A DNA stretch of 60,327 nt, counting the filler, from Aduncisulcus paluster (taxonomy: Eukaryota): NCBI GenBank assembly GCA_024181965.1. It is 5 parts of 5 records of this genome, joined end to end, with 100 filler letters (N's around TTAATTAATTAA, not from the genome) between each part and the next. Parts side by side here need not be neighbours in the genome. Positions count along the whole stretch, not along the records: positions 1 to 21,954 come from BQXS01010834.1; 4 more parts are not named here. One strand, 5' to 3'. A model generated the notes under the pieces. It was given only the letters and a program-made list of their open reading frames with translations, made no database searches and was not told where the DNA came from. The position numbers and the translations under genes are program-made. Below, piece after piece: positions 1 through 10,782 of this stretch; position 1 is the first letter of the stretch; every line of letters starts with the position of its first letter.

Positions 1-3000
1 TATCTATAACATCCCTAAAGGGGGCTATATCTTCCTCAAGAACAGCCATCAAATCATCCATGTTATAGTCCATTTCTATATCATCAATCCCTCGCATTAA
101 TTCATCTACATATTGGTCACTGTCGGCAGCATGAGTAATTCCTCCACCTATTCCTCCAGATATTCCTCCAGATATTCCTAGATTTCCTGTGGTGGGTGGT
201 AGTAAAGATGATGGTGGCATTATGAGTTGGGATGGAATTGCAGTAGAAGTAGAAGAAGAAGAGGAAGGACCGGATGGAAGGATACCACTGGGGGGAACTG
301 ATGAGCCTGCACTAATATCAAAAGGTAAAGGTTGTTGTTGAGAAGAACTCCTGATTGATGGAGATGAAGCTTGAGGATTGGTGAAGTTTGAAGGGTTAAT
401 AATATTATTATTAGGCACTGAAGGATCAATGAATTGTGGGATAATACCACCAGATGGAATGATAGGCATAGATGTGGAGGGATGTTCTTTCGGTGAAGAT
501 AATCTATCTTTAGAATGTTGAGAAGAAGAATCGTATTCGTGATCGCCAAGAGTATGACCATCAGAAAATTGAGCTTGTAAAAGAATAGAATTGATCATAG
601 CATCTCCAGCTTTGTCATGTTCACTCCGATTCCTAAGGTCTTGTTCTTGCTTTTCATAGGCCTGTTGTATCTTAAGTTTGGTCATTTCAGCACTTGAAAG
701 CTCTTTCTCTGCCCGTTTATAAGCATGATATTTCTCATCGTCAGCATCTCCCATACCTCCTCCAATGACTCCAACGACTCCACTTCCATCGTTGCTGGTT
801 ATAGTAGTATTATCAGAAGAGGTGGACATATTCTTTGGGGAAGAACCACCGGATATAGACAAAGGTTCAGCGTAGAAATCTTTCAAATGTGAGGAACGCT
901 CTGATCTTCGGGAAGAGACGAGAACTGGTGAATCTCTTGAAGATGTACTTCTGGAATTATTCAAAGAGTTAAGATGTGACACGCTTTCTACAGAAGACAA
1001 TCCAGTTTTAGGCTGGCCATTGTGATCAAGCTCAGGGTTGATCCATGGCTTGCCCACAGCATTTACATCCTTATCAGTGTCATTAAGAGAGCAAATAAGC
1101 TTTGGAGAGTATTTTGAACCTGGGAGAAACTTCGATCTGCAAGAAGAAGGTGAAGAAGAAAACATGGAACCACTTGAAATTATATTAGTAAACCTTTGCA
1201 TCATAGCATATAAAAGGACAGGATCGACATTCTTCATGACGTGAGCATATGAAGTGAGAATACGTTCATTGAAAACGACTGGGAAACTCCACAACAAAGA
1301 CAAGATATATGTAATGCCGAAGGAAGCCATGATGCCAGTTAAAAAGATCCCCATTTCACACATGGAAAGCACAGTTTGTCTTTCCATCCATGCGGCAGAA
1401 GCCACACGTCGGTGTTCTTCAATGAATCGGGAGTGTGATTCGATAGCAGTTGTGATAACTCTTTGCGGAAATGACTGCGAAATACAATCTGCATCATCAC
1501 AACTCTCAAGAATATCAACAATTTCTGATATCATGTTCATTCTAATGCCATTCCAAGCTCTAAATGATGTAAAAGAACCAGAAATACCGGAAACTATGCC
1601 ATCTTCGGGAACAAATGGAGATTCATTGGTCTGACGGTGATGTTTTCCATATATAACACCGCTATAATTCACTTCAGTAATGTTACCAAGACCTTTCCAG
1701 ATTAAAGGAGGTCTTTCATTCGCTATAAAATCGCTCATCATGGAAAAATAATCAAAACTAGAGCTTTTTATCAATTCCATTCCATGGGTGTACAAAGTTT
1801 CTCTTGATACGTGCTCTCCAATTCGCTCAATCACTTCTGGCATCAGAATTAGAGCATTTCCAAACACTGATTCCCAATTGGAGATGATTAAAGAGTCGTC
1901 AAGACTGACAGAATGTAGCAATGACAGTCCAAGCATAATAGAATTGGCATTTTCAAGGATATTTACATTATATGAATGCATAACATCCTGTAATTTAATC
2001 AGACCAGTCATTGTAAGAATACAAACCAGAGCAACGAGAGCTGCAAAAATGAACAGGAAAAGACCAAGGATAAAGGAACAATGAGTAACAAGAGAAGCAG
2101 ATGATGAAGCATTTGACTCTCCAGGATATGTTGACAAAAAGCTCAAGGATGCAGGGTGAGTGCCAATTCGAGCAATTGATGAGATGGCTGAAGTACTCGA
2201 ATGCGTTAAAGCACCAGTTCCAATCAGAGATGAGCTCGTCTTGCTTAGTGTATCCTTTAACTTGTTTGATATCATCTTAGGGTCGGACATATGGGCATTT
2301 GGGAAAAGAACAGCGAAATCTGAATCAAAATCTATCCCAGGTCCAGCCCCACCACGACTATTATTATGCCTAGAAACTGCTGAATGTCTTGGTAAATGTT
2401 TTGAGGATGCTGCCAAAGTTCCTCCGCTAGATCCAGCACAGCCTTCAGCACTGACATGGGAGGTACTTTCCATTCCTCCTCCGTGAAGAACTAAATCTTT
2501 CAATTGGGACGGACGAGTGAAAGAATCCCCAGAGACGCTGCCATTTGTAAAGAGATTAGGGGATTTACATTTGGAATTGATAAATTTAATCAATATTGAA
2601 GCGCGCAATTGCCCCGCTTCCGTAGCAAGTGAATGATCATTAAGAACAGTATGTGAAAATTCCTGAATGCTGTGTAATATCTTTTCCATATCTTTGGCAC
2701 TTCTAGCAGAATAAAATGACATTTGAAGGGAATTTATAGTCGTTATTAAATCGATAGAAGTTTGTAAGAAGAATGGAAGCACTGGGATTTCTGAATTGGT
2801 TGAGAATACAAGACTGTGGTACATGTTATGGAAACTCCTGATTGTGTGTTGTAAGAGCATATTTTGATGGTCTGTTGAAGCATCCTGAATTAGATCAAAC
2901 TTCACTCCGGAACTCACAGATGGGAAAGATTCATGAGAAGAGATATTATGAAGAGGAATGATTGGAGAGGAAGAGACGAAACGAGATCCTTGCTTACTCA

Positions 3001-6000
3001 CAACAAGGGGGGCAGAACTGGTAGTTGGAAGCTTAACTCCTGGAGAAGATGTTGACAGAGATACCTTATTCAAGCCAGTTCTATTTATAGAATCAAACTG
3101 TTGTTGGTGAGAAGAAGTAGAAGAACCAGACTGTTGGGATTGCTGACCAACCGAAGGAGCCGAAGAATGTTGTCCCTTTGCATTAGTCACAACAACCCCA
3201 ATTGAAGCCCTTCTTGGCGGTGACATTGCAGTGGTGTTTGTCAAGGAAGGTGCTGCATGGTGGTGCTGATGAGTTGTGGTATTGTCCTTGGTCCCTCCTA
3301 AAGGCCCCAGCTTGTGGTCGCCAATGCCAATAAAAGCAGAAGAATCGCGTGATCTGCTTGATGTATTGTTGGAATATAATCCCATTCCATATGCTTTTTG
3401 GTTTGGATAATACATTGCTTTATCTCTGTTATAAGTTTTAAGGTCTGGAATGCCAGTGAGTAAAAGCTGAGCATGTGTCGGATATAATAAAAAGGAATTA
3501 ACAGAGTTCAAAGTAGTATCATACGTAAAAAGTCTAGATCCATTCTTTCCAAAGACAAATGGTTCAAGATACGATGAAGAGCCACCATTGTGAAGACCAG
3601 CAGAAGTGGAATGGCTGTAAGTGGTTGACGAGGAAAAGGGGAAAGAAAACATAGGATGATTGTAGTCAAAACCTCCATATAGACGTCTATTATTAGTATT
3701 ATTAGTATTATTCCCACTCTGAAGCATCTGAGGAGACCCAGAAGGATGGAAAGACAATGGATTCTGCCCAACAGAGCTGGATCGATGAGGTGACACGGGT
3801 GTGGATAAGGCGTGACTTGAGGAATGAGTGTTGTGTTGAGAAGATGAACGTGAAGTCAACTTGATACCATCACTTCTAGTTCTCAGATGTTTCCTATAGT
3901 TACGATAAGACTCGCCTGAATGATGCAGGGACGACGAGAATAGTCCTCCGGATGTCAAAGCAGAATATATATCCTTTTTTGATGATGGACCGTCATTTTG
4001 GAATAAAGATTTACCAAGCGATTCCATTTTTTGCATATAATTTTGTGTTCTTTCCTCAACTTTTCTTCGATATAGCTGGCGTTCGAGTTGATGAACACTT
4101 GGTCCCAACAGAATAAGATCCATTAATTCCCTTCCAAGTGCCTCCATTCTTTGAACTTCAAGCGAAATAAACACATGGATATTTGATATAATAAATAGTG
4201 AAGGCGGTAAGATCACAAGGGAGCGTGGAGGAGGAGGAGGAGGAGGAGGAGGAGGAGAATTGGTAGCTCGGTGTTGATTACTGTGATGAGGATAACGTTG
4301 ACTCGAATATTGCGAAGAAATATGAGGAGGTTTATCCTGATTACAAACACGAGCAAATGATAGCTTTGGGATGGTATGGGAAGCTGCTCTGATATGATGC
4401 GGAGGAAGAGAATAAGGATTTGTCGTAGAATTAGAGCCTTGGGATTTTGAAGGAAGAGGAGAAGAAGTTGTGATTGTTGAACCAGACAATGTCAATTCTT
4501 TAATCTTGGTAGATGTTGTCGTAGTTGTCACATGTGGGTGTGGATGTGAATGTTCCTCATCTTTCCCAACAGCACCAGGAGCGACAGCAACACCGACGGA
4601 AGGAACAGAATCGGAAGGAACTGTTGAAGAAGCAACAGCAAAAGAAGGATGATTCCTTGTAGCCCCATCGAATTGTAAAATCTTTGGAATCTTGGGAATT
4701 ACAACAGAAGATGAGGTTTCTTCCACGACCTTATCCTTAGGTATAGATTGGTGAGGTGGGGGGTTTCTTTGAGTCTCTGTAACTCCATCAATAATATGAT
4801 CTTTTGAATGAATAATATCTTTTCCACCTGCCGCCACCATCACAGATGCACTACTGGTATCTGTTGATTGTGAAGTCAGTTGCTTTGTTTTTCCAACAAT
4901 CTGCGACTGTGGAGCTGTGGGGTTTTTGGGGAAGTTATTTATGACACTGTGACCACCAGATGACCATGAAGAAGGTGTGGTTGTGGTGAGTGATGTGGAT
5001 ATCTTTGGAACATAGCCCGTGGATGAAGACGTAATGTTATTGTTCAAAATGCTCTCAATACCTTTGAAAGTGGCGTGATTACCACGAGAGGTTATAGCAC
5101 CTTCAGCATTGCCTAATTCATCTTCCGGATCAATTGCATATATCGGGTTCAAAAGATTACAATATTCAACAAGTCGACGCCTAAAGAAAAAAGCATTGGA
5201 TTGCGCATAGTCCAGACAAGTTCGCATATATCTATACCTGCACATCTTCAAAAAGAAGTTATCGGGATAGATAGCATCACCAATATCGAATATCACACTC
5301 ATGAACATGAACATTGACTTGTCATTGACACATATCCTTGCAAAATGCTCGACAGCGTAAGGGGATGGGAATACTCGTTCTCTCAAAAGAGTGACAAGTC
5401 CTATGTACTTCGAATAAGGAAGAGTATATTGGTCATGGTTTGAAAGCCATTCACAATGACATTTATCCTTGTCTTCACACTTACACTCGCACTTGGAATG
5501 ATGCTTATTATTCTTACGGGACGAAGATGAAAATGTGTTCGTCGTTGAATAAGAATTAAGAGAGGTACCGGTAGTAGATGAAGATCTTGATGTACTAGAG
5601 CACATGGATACGACAGGAGGTAAAGATAACAATCCATTGCCACCAGTACCACCAGCACCAGCACCACCAGTAGAAGTGGTCGTGGAAGAGGATGAATGTC
5701 CTTGTGTTAAGCCATTACAAGTGTTGGATATGGGTGTATGTTGCTTTGAATGAGACAAATATTGTTTTGTAGTTGTTTTTGAGGGATCTTCTTTGTTCTT
5801 CTTCTCCTTCTTCCTCTTTCCAGAACGAGTAGAATCAGAACCAACGCCAACGTGATGGTTCGCAGTGGTTGTATGTTCCAAGATGGTTGAGGATGTTGTT
5901 AAGTGCTTAGATCCAGTTAGTTCAGCAATGTATGATGGGAGATTTAATTGATGCATATCTTCAGCTGTGTTATTGGTAGAGAAAATATGGTTCATAAGAG

Positions 6001-9000
6001 AATGTGGGAGTCTTGCTGGACCATGTCCCTCTTTCATTCTGGCGAAAATCTCTCTAATAATAGAAATATAGAGCAATATAGTGTGCAAATAAGTAGGAAC
6101 TGAAGTCGAAAGTGATGAATTCGTAACATTAGCTCGACGTTTGTGTTTTCGATGTGACAACGCGATATCTAACATTTTCTTCTTTTGATTCTCACGACGG
6201 CGTTTGGAGGTCCCATTTTTAATTTTCATTTTAAAATTCCTCCAAGGTGACCTCGGTTCTGTGACAACTTTTGCAACTCCATGTTTTGTTGGACCCACTC
6301 CACCAAGACCCAAATCCTGGCTGAAACCGCCAGATCCAGAGCGTCGATGATGGTGACGTTTGTGTGATTTTCTACCTTGTGCTTGCTTCATTGATCTTGG
6401 ACTTTTGGGTTCGCGGTGCTTTCCATGATAAGGATGTTGCTGAGGAGAGCTATGTGAATAGTCAGCAGAGCTAAACCCATTTGATGAGGCACTCCCAGTT
6501 GTAACAGATGTCACATTGGGCAATGAAGGAGACGAGTAACGCTGAGGGGATGAACTGATACTGGACTGAAGTTTGCTTGTTTGTTCCTGAATAAATTGTT
6601 TCCTGCCTCCTCTTACCACATCAGTTTTAGCCGGTCTCCTACCTTGTATATCTTCCGGTTCCTGCCGGTGATCGTGATGATGAGAGTGGTGATGTTTGGA
6701 AGTAGAAGCATCGACAGCGTCAATTCCATCTCTCCTGACAATCGGTGGGGAAGAAGAAGAGGAAGAGGAAGAAATTGTTGATGAAGGAGCAAGTAAAGAA
6801 GATGCCATGGAATTTGCATATCCACGATGAGTCTTGTGATTAGCAACACCATGTGCCACTCCAGCACTATGAACCCCTACTACTGATGAAGTTGCAGCAT
6901 GCTCCTGATGGGCAGAAGACGACGCTTTATCTCCTGTTGAAGAGGGTGAAAGAAGATGGTGTTGTCCACCTTGAGTTTGAGCTTGTCCACCTTGAGCTTG
7001 AGCTTGTCCACCTTGAGCTTGAGCTTGAGGAGGCTTTGGAGATGTGGTGGATCGATAACTCGACCTACTGTCCGTGTCAGCATTTCTAGAAGAATGAGAG
7101 TATTCGCTACTGGTTAGAGACATACTGGGCGATCTACATTTATAATTGAGGGATTTCTCGCCGATCATTTCATCAGATCCTGAAGGAGACTCTGACCGAC
7201 TCAAATGGTCCAGTTCACTCACATAGGATGTAAATGACTTGATTTGATATGCCTTTTTCTTTGGAGACTCAAACACAGCATGTGGATTCTCTTCGTCAGG
7301 GGCATCGATGGTATCATCAATAGTACCATCACTTCGAATGGAACTCATAGCTCTCAGAGAAGGAATCAGCACCGATTGATTAGTATTATTACTAATAGGA
7401 TGTATTGATGGTATGAACTGACAGGCTCCATCATCTTGAACCCCGAGAATGATCTCTTCGTCAGACACATCAGAAGTTCGGCTATCACGTCGATATATCC
7501 GATCTATATGAATATGCTGACTGACTGACACTTCACCATCTTTATGATCTTGATGTTGCTGTAGTCCAGTTGGGCTACCATTACCTTGATGCTCGCTTGT
7601 TTGTCCTTGACTTAGAGCTTGTACTTGACCCATTGCACCTTTCATGCAACTCAGAGCCTTCGATGAGGATGAGGATGAACCTTTTGAAGAAGAAGAAGAT
7701 ATATTTTTTGATGAAGAAGATACGCTGCTCATTCCCACTACCTGCCCTGGATGTCCAGTCTTTAACATTGAACATACGGGTTGTCCAGCTCCAACGAGGA
7801 GAGAAGAGGAAGAAGAAGAGGTCGTGGTTGCAAGTAAATGTGAACAATCAAGTCTTTGATGCTGTTGAGCTTGCTGAGTTCTTGAGATAAACTCATGAAT
7901 AGGACGGTCACCATGAGCATGACTTCTATGGTCACTACTGTTTGGGCAGTTTATATTGTGGATATTAGAACATGAACGAGCACCCAGCAATGACGAAAGA
8001 CCACCAATGCTGGGTGCACCGCTGTGGTGGCCAAGAGTTGCCGCACCACCAGCAAAACCATATGAAGAAGGATGCTGGCATTGTTGCTCGTGACGTAATT
8101 GATAATCAAAATACTCTCTTCCATGCTTGCTGAGCCATTGTTTCTCAAGAGTTATCCGTTGAACTTCGGGGAAAACATAAGGTTTTAACAAATCTATGAG
8201 TTTCTTCATTCTTTTTTCCCTCAAAAGCATAGCAAGACCTCCGTAAAGTCGAACAGAGCGCACCAATGGGGTTTTATAAGACGTGTACAAAAAAGAGAGG
8301 AAAGAACATATAAAGGTCATACCAAGAGATATTCCAGTTATCCAATAACTTTCTTGTGGAGACAGAGAACTATCCAGATCCCTGAGGAAACCAAACGTTG
8401 TGGGGCGTACTGTAATAGGAGAAGAGGAGGAGGAAAGGTGGTGGTAAGGTGATGTCTGATTCTGTTGTTGTGTTGACGTGACAGAGATCATAGCTTCATC
8501 GTTATTGCTGTTTTTGTTGCAGTTATTGTTGTTACAAATGGTACAAGGATATGACGATTTATCGTTGGTATTATTTGCTAGTTTCTCAGACTGTCTATAT
8601 TTAGATTTAAGTTTATGAGAATGATAATATGTTTTGGTGATAGCAGGTTTGGGTTGTATTATACTAGACTCCTCTTTCATGACTGCACTTGATATTGATT
8701 GAGAACCAGAGTCAGAAGGTGAAGAAATAACCATTAAAAGAGAATCAGAATCCACAGGATGAGAGTGTGTTGTTGTTCTGCTTCTAGTAAATTCTTCTCC
8801 TCTTTCTCCTCTTTCTTCTCTTTCTTCTCTTTCTTCTCTTTCTTCTGTGGCAATCTGTATTGGTCCAAATGAAACATTATCTTTGTTTCTATTGTTATTA
8901 TGGTCATTATTATACATGTTGGTGTCATTTATATCATCTTTATATCNNNNNNNNNNNNNNNNNNNNATAACCATTAAAAGAGAATCAGAATCCACAGGAT

Positions 9001-10333
9001 GAGAGTGTGTTGTTGTTCTGCTTCTAGTAAATTCTTCTCCTCTTTCTCCTCTTTCTTCTCTTTCTTCTCTTTCTTCTCTTTCTTCTGTGGCAATCTGTAT
9101 TGGTCCAAATGAAACATTATCTTTGTTTCTATTGTTATTATGGTCATTATTATACATGTTGGTGTCATTTATATCATCTTTATATCTCTTATCATCCTTA
9201 TATTCATATCCTCCTGTCATAACAAGATCTGATTCAAGATCTGACTCAATGTCAAGTAACATGTCATAAAATATAGAATCTGTGACCATTTCAGCGTCAA
9301 AAATATCTCCATAACTTGTTGATAACAAGTGGGACTCTTTATCATTGGCATTGGAATTGATAGATATTGCTGAATCATCATCACGCAACCAGTCAATATA
9401 CCGGTCAATATACCGGTTTTTACCGATAATCCCAGCCCAATTTGTTAATGGGAAAAGATAACCATTGGAAGTCAATTCCTGAGAAACATTGGCCAGTATC
9501 GATGACGTGGAGGTATTAGATGAGGTTGTAACGCTCGAATTTGAGTTGTAAAACATAGCTTCAGCCACCATTGTGCAGAAAAAAGTACAACAGAGGAACA
9601 ATATTCCTGCCACGAAGCCTACATTCGAGGCCGTCGTATAAAATGCTAGTGTACGGTGGTGAAATACGAGAACAAGTAGCATTAAGAGGAATCCGAATAA
9701 ATTTTTGGCGAAATATGATATATTTGAGAATGAAACACATGAAATCAGATAAAGACTAATTACAAACGCTTGAAAGGTAACTGAATGAGTTCTAGAATGG
9801 GCTTTCATCTCTGGCAAATCGTCGTACCATAATTGGAATGAACATATCACTACCCACATCAGAAAGATCGAAAGAACCCCGACAAGACAAATTGAAATCG
9901 TCCGACCAATTATAAGGATAGAGTCTTCAGCAGGGCGTTGAAATGATTGAACTATATATTTAACTAAATTATATTGAAGGGAAAATGGCAAAATCCTTCC
10001 TAAAGTTATGATAATTCCACCTGAAACGTTACTATCGTTTGGTTTCCTTAAAAGCGGTTTGCCGGAAAAGATTATAATCATAGTTATAAGGATTATTGAT
10101 AATATTATAGATACTACAATTACAAAGGTGGAAGACACCAATTCTGTGTCCATGAGCAGAATCACCCCTAAAATCTGACTTATTTGAGGAAATAATCCTG
10201 TATGTCCAAAGTATGATGATAAACTTAGAACGAAAAATTGTAAAAAGTAAAATAATAGAGACAGGGAGGTGGCTGCATTAATATTTTCCCGAGTATATAA
10301 AGAGAGGAACAAATTAACATATTTCCTTTTCAT
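1..10333 (-). CDS. Giant (>3400 aa) multi-pass membrane protein with long Ser/His/Gln-rich low-complexity inserts; tentatively TmcB/TmcC-like; 3' end outside window
   Basis: Manual translation: ATG at 10333 (in-frame TAA just upstream), MKRKYVNLFLSLYTRENINAATSLSLLFYFLQFFVLSL..., followed by several hydrophobic helices. The frame was open at every point checked (9700, 8600, 8300, 7000, 6100, 5200, 3450, 2050, 1-60). It is absent from the ORF track, as expected if there is no in-frame stop within the window. Family assignment is much weaker than the ORF call. Confidence 0.85.
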   Translation of the reverse strand, partial: MKRKYVNLFLSLYTRENINAATSLSLLFYFLQFFVLSLSSYFGHTGLFPQISQILGVILLMDTELVSSTFVIVVSIILSIILITMIIIFSGKPLLRKPNDSNVSGGIIITLGRILPFSLQYNLVKYIVQSFQRPAEDSILIIGRTISICLVGVLSIFLMWVVICSFQLWYDDLPEMKAHSRTHSVTFQAFVISLYLISCVSFSNISYFAKNLFGFLLMLLVLVFHHRTLAFYTTASNVGFVAGILFLCCTFFCTMVAEAMFYNSNSSVTTSSNTSTSSILANVSQELTSNGYLFPLTNWAGIIGKNRYIDRYIDWLRDDDSAISINSNANDKESHLLSTSYGDIFDAEMVTDSIFYDMLLDIESDLESDLVMTGGYEYKDDKRYKDDINDTNMYNNDHNNNRNKDNVSFGPIQIATEEREEREEREERGERGEEFTRSRTTTHSHPVDSDSLLMVXXXXXXXXYKDDINDTNMYNNDHNNNRNKDNVSFGPIQIATEEREEREEREERGERGEEFTRSRTTTHSHPVDSDSLLMVISSPSDSGSQSISSAVMKEESSIIQPKPAITKTYYHSHKLKSKYRQSEKLANNTNDKSSYPCTICNNNNCNKNSNNDEAMISVTSTQQQNQTSPYHHLSSSSSPITVRPTTFGFLRDLDSSLSPQESYWITGISLGMTFICSFLSFLYTSYKTPLVRSVRLYGGLAMLLREKRMKKLIDLLKPYVFPEVQRITLEKQWLSKHGREYFDYQLRHEQQCQHPSSYGFAGGAATLGHHSGAPSIGGLSSLLGARSCSNIHNINCPNSSDHRSHAHGDRPIHEFISRTQQAQQHQRLDCSHLLATTTSSSSSSLLVGAGQPVCSMLKTGHPGQVVGMSSVSSSSKNISSSSSKGSSSSSSKALSCMKGAMGQVQALSQGQTSEHQGNGSPTGLQQHQDHKDGEVSVSQHIHIDRIYRRDSRTSDVSDEEIILGVQDDGACQFIPSIHPISNNTNQSVLIPSLRAMSSIRSDGTIDDTIDAPDEENPHAVFESPKKKAYQIKSFTSYVSELDHLSRSESPSGSDEMIGEKSLNYKCRSPSMSLTSSEYSHSSRNADTDSRSSYRSTTSPKPPQAQAQGGQAQAQGGQAQTQGGQHHLLSPSSTGDKASSSAHQEHAATSSVVGVHSAGVAHGVANHKTHRGYANSMASSLLAPSSTISSSSSSSSPPIVRRDGIDAVDASTSKHHHSHHHDHRQEPEDIQGRRPAKTDVVRGGRKQFIQEQTSKLQSSISSSPQRYSSPSLPNVTSVTTGSASSNGFSSADYSHSSPQQHPYHGKHREPKSPRSMKQAQGRKSHKRHHHRRSGSGGFSQDLGLGGVGPTKHGVAKVVTEPRSPWRNFKMKIKNGTSKRRRENQKKKMLDIALSHRKHKRRANVTNSSLSTSVPTYLHTILLYISIIREIFARMKEGHGPARLPHSLMNHIFSTNNTAEDMHQLNLPSYIAELTGSKHLTTSSTILEHTTTANHHVGVGSDSTRSGKRKKEKKNKEDPSKTTTKQYLSHSKQHTPISNTCNGLTQGHSSSSTTTSTGGAGAGGTGGNGLLSLPPVVSMCSSTSRSSSTTGTSLNSYSTTNTFSSSSRKNNKHHSKCECKCEDKDKCHCEWLSNHDQYTLPYSKYIGLVTLLRERVFPSPYAVEHFARICVNDKSMFMFMSVIFDIGDAIYPDNFFLKMCRYRYMRTCLDYAQSNAFFFRRRLVEYCNLLNPIYAIDPEDELGNAEGAITSRGNHATFKGIESILNNNITSSSTGYVPKISTSLTTTTPSSWSSGGHSVINNFPKNPTAPQSQIVGKTKQLTSQSTDTSSASVMVAAGGKDIIHSKDHIIDGVTETQRNPPPHQSIPKDKVVEETSSSVVIPKIPKILQFDGATRNHPSFAVASSTVPSDSVPSVGVAVAPGAVGKDEEHSHPHPHVTTTTTSTKIKELTLSGSTITTSSPLPSKSQGSNSTTNPYSLPPHHIRAASHTIPKLSFARVCNQDKPPHISSQYSSQRYPHHSNQHRATNSPPPPPPPPPPRSLVILPPSLFIISNIHVFISLEVQRMEALGRELMDLILLGPSVHQLERQLYRRKVEERTQNYMQKMESLGKSLFQNDGPSSKKDIYSALTSGGLFSSSLHHSGESYRNYRKHLRTRSDGIKLTSRSSSQHNTHSSSHALSTPVSPHRSSSVGQNPLSFHPSGSPQMLQSGNNTNNTNNRRLYGGFDYNHPMFSFPFSSSTTYSHSTSAGLHNGGSSSYLEPFVFGKNGSRLFTYDTTLNSVNSFLLYPTHAQLLLTGIPDLKTYNRDKAMYYPNQKAYGMGLYSNNTSSRSRDSSAFIGIGDHKLGPLGGTKDNTTTHQHHHAAPSLTNTTAMSPPRRASIGVVVTNAKGQHSSAPSVGQQSQQSGSSTSSHQQQFDSINRTGLNKVSLSTSSPGVKLPTTSSAPLVVSKQGSRFVSSSPIIPLHNISSHESFPSVSSGVKFDLIQDASTDHQNMLLQHTIRSFHNMYHSLVFSTNSEIPVLPFFLQTSIDLITTINSLQMSFYSARSAKDMEKILHSIQEFSHTVLNDHSLATEAGQLRASILIKFINSKCKSPNLFTNGSVSGDSFTRPSQLKDLVLHGGGMESTSHVSAEGCAGSSGGTLAASSKHLPRHSAVSRHNNSRGGAGPGIDFDSDFAVLFPNAHMSDPKMISNKLKDTLSKTSSSLIGTGALTHSSTSAISSIARIGTHPASLSFLSTYPGESNASSSASLVTHCSFILGLFLFIFAALVALVCILTMTGLIKLQDVMHSYNVNILENANSIMLGLSLLHSVSLDDSLIISNWESVFGNALILMPEVIERIGEHVSRETLYTHGMELIKSSSFDYFSMMSDFIANERPPLIWKGLGNITEVNYSGVIYGKHHRQTNESPFVPEDGIVSGISGSFTSFRAWNGIRMNMISEIVDILESCDDADCISQSFPQRVITTAIESHSRFIEEHRRVASAAWMERQTVLSMCEMGIFLTGIMASFGITYILSLLWSFPVVFNERILTSYAHVMKNVDPVLLYAMMQRFTNIISSGSMFSSSPSSCRSKFLPGSKYSPKLICSLNDTDKDVNAVGKPWINPELDHNGQPKTGLSSVESVSHLNSLNNSRSTSSRDSPVLVSSRRSERSSHLKDFYAEPLSISGGSSPKNMSTSSDNTTITSNDGSGVVGVIGGGMGDADDEKYHAYKRAEKELSSAEMTKLKIQQAYEKQEQDLRNRSEHDKAGDAMINSILLQAQFSDGHTLGDHEYDSSSQHSKDRLSSPKEHPSTSMPIIPSGGIIPQFIDPSVPNNNIINPSNFTNPQASSPSIRSSSQQQPLPFDISAGSSVPPSGILPSGPSSSSSTSTAIPSQLIMPPSSLLPPTTGNLGISGGISGGIGGGITHAADSDQYVDELMRGIDDIEMDYNMDDLMAVLEEDIAPFRDVID
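6962..7029 (-). repeat. 21-bp tandem repeat (about 3 copies) encoding QAQAQGG in the giant ORF
   Basis: ttgtccaccttgag(t/c)ttgagc at 6962, 6983 and 7004. Confidence 0.9.
8727..9186. other. Assembly artefact: identical 220-bp copies flanking a 20-N gap
   Basis: 8727-8946 equals 8967-9186 with N at 8947-8966. The offset of 240 keeps the giant ORF in frame. Confidence 0.85.
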
Positions 10334-10782
10334 TTGATACAGTTATTCAAAATGGCAAATAAATTTACAAAATAAAAAACAATTTAGTTCAAATCCTTGG
10401 AGGAATCAAACAAAAAAGGATATAGGATTATTAAATGAACTTAACTAAAGGTTTGCAGGTTTCTTTTTTTACAATATAGAACAAAATTTATTAAAACAAG
10501 TGTTAAATAATATCAATGCCAATGGTTCATGGATTAGTGTTTTGAAATATGTTTAGGGTCAATGGTACAAGAATATTACAAAAATATAAACAATAAAATT
10601 TCACAATATTGACTTTATTGGTAAATTTGTTATCGGAGTTTAATTTTTAAAAATTCCAAACTCATTTACCATCAGTTTGTAAATTTCTCGCGTTAAATCC
10701 ATTAATCAAAATTGTTATTTTTGTTTAGCTAATATTTATATTATTATAATTGAAAATTTCCTGACATTTTATTGTAAATTTC

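Noticed and set aside
6962-7029. Short direct repeats as a CRISPR-like array
   Set aside because: No spacers; in-frame coding repeat in a eukaryotic gene
8727-9186. Apparent 240-bp tandem duplication (twin 64-aa ORFs)
   Set aside because: Identical copies abut a 20-N gap, the typical unmerged contig overlap
220-9759. Many 60-126 aa ORFs on both strands
   Set aside because: They are alternative-frame or antisense shadows of the giant minus-strand ORF
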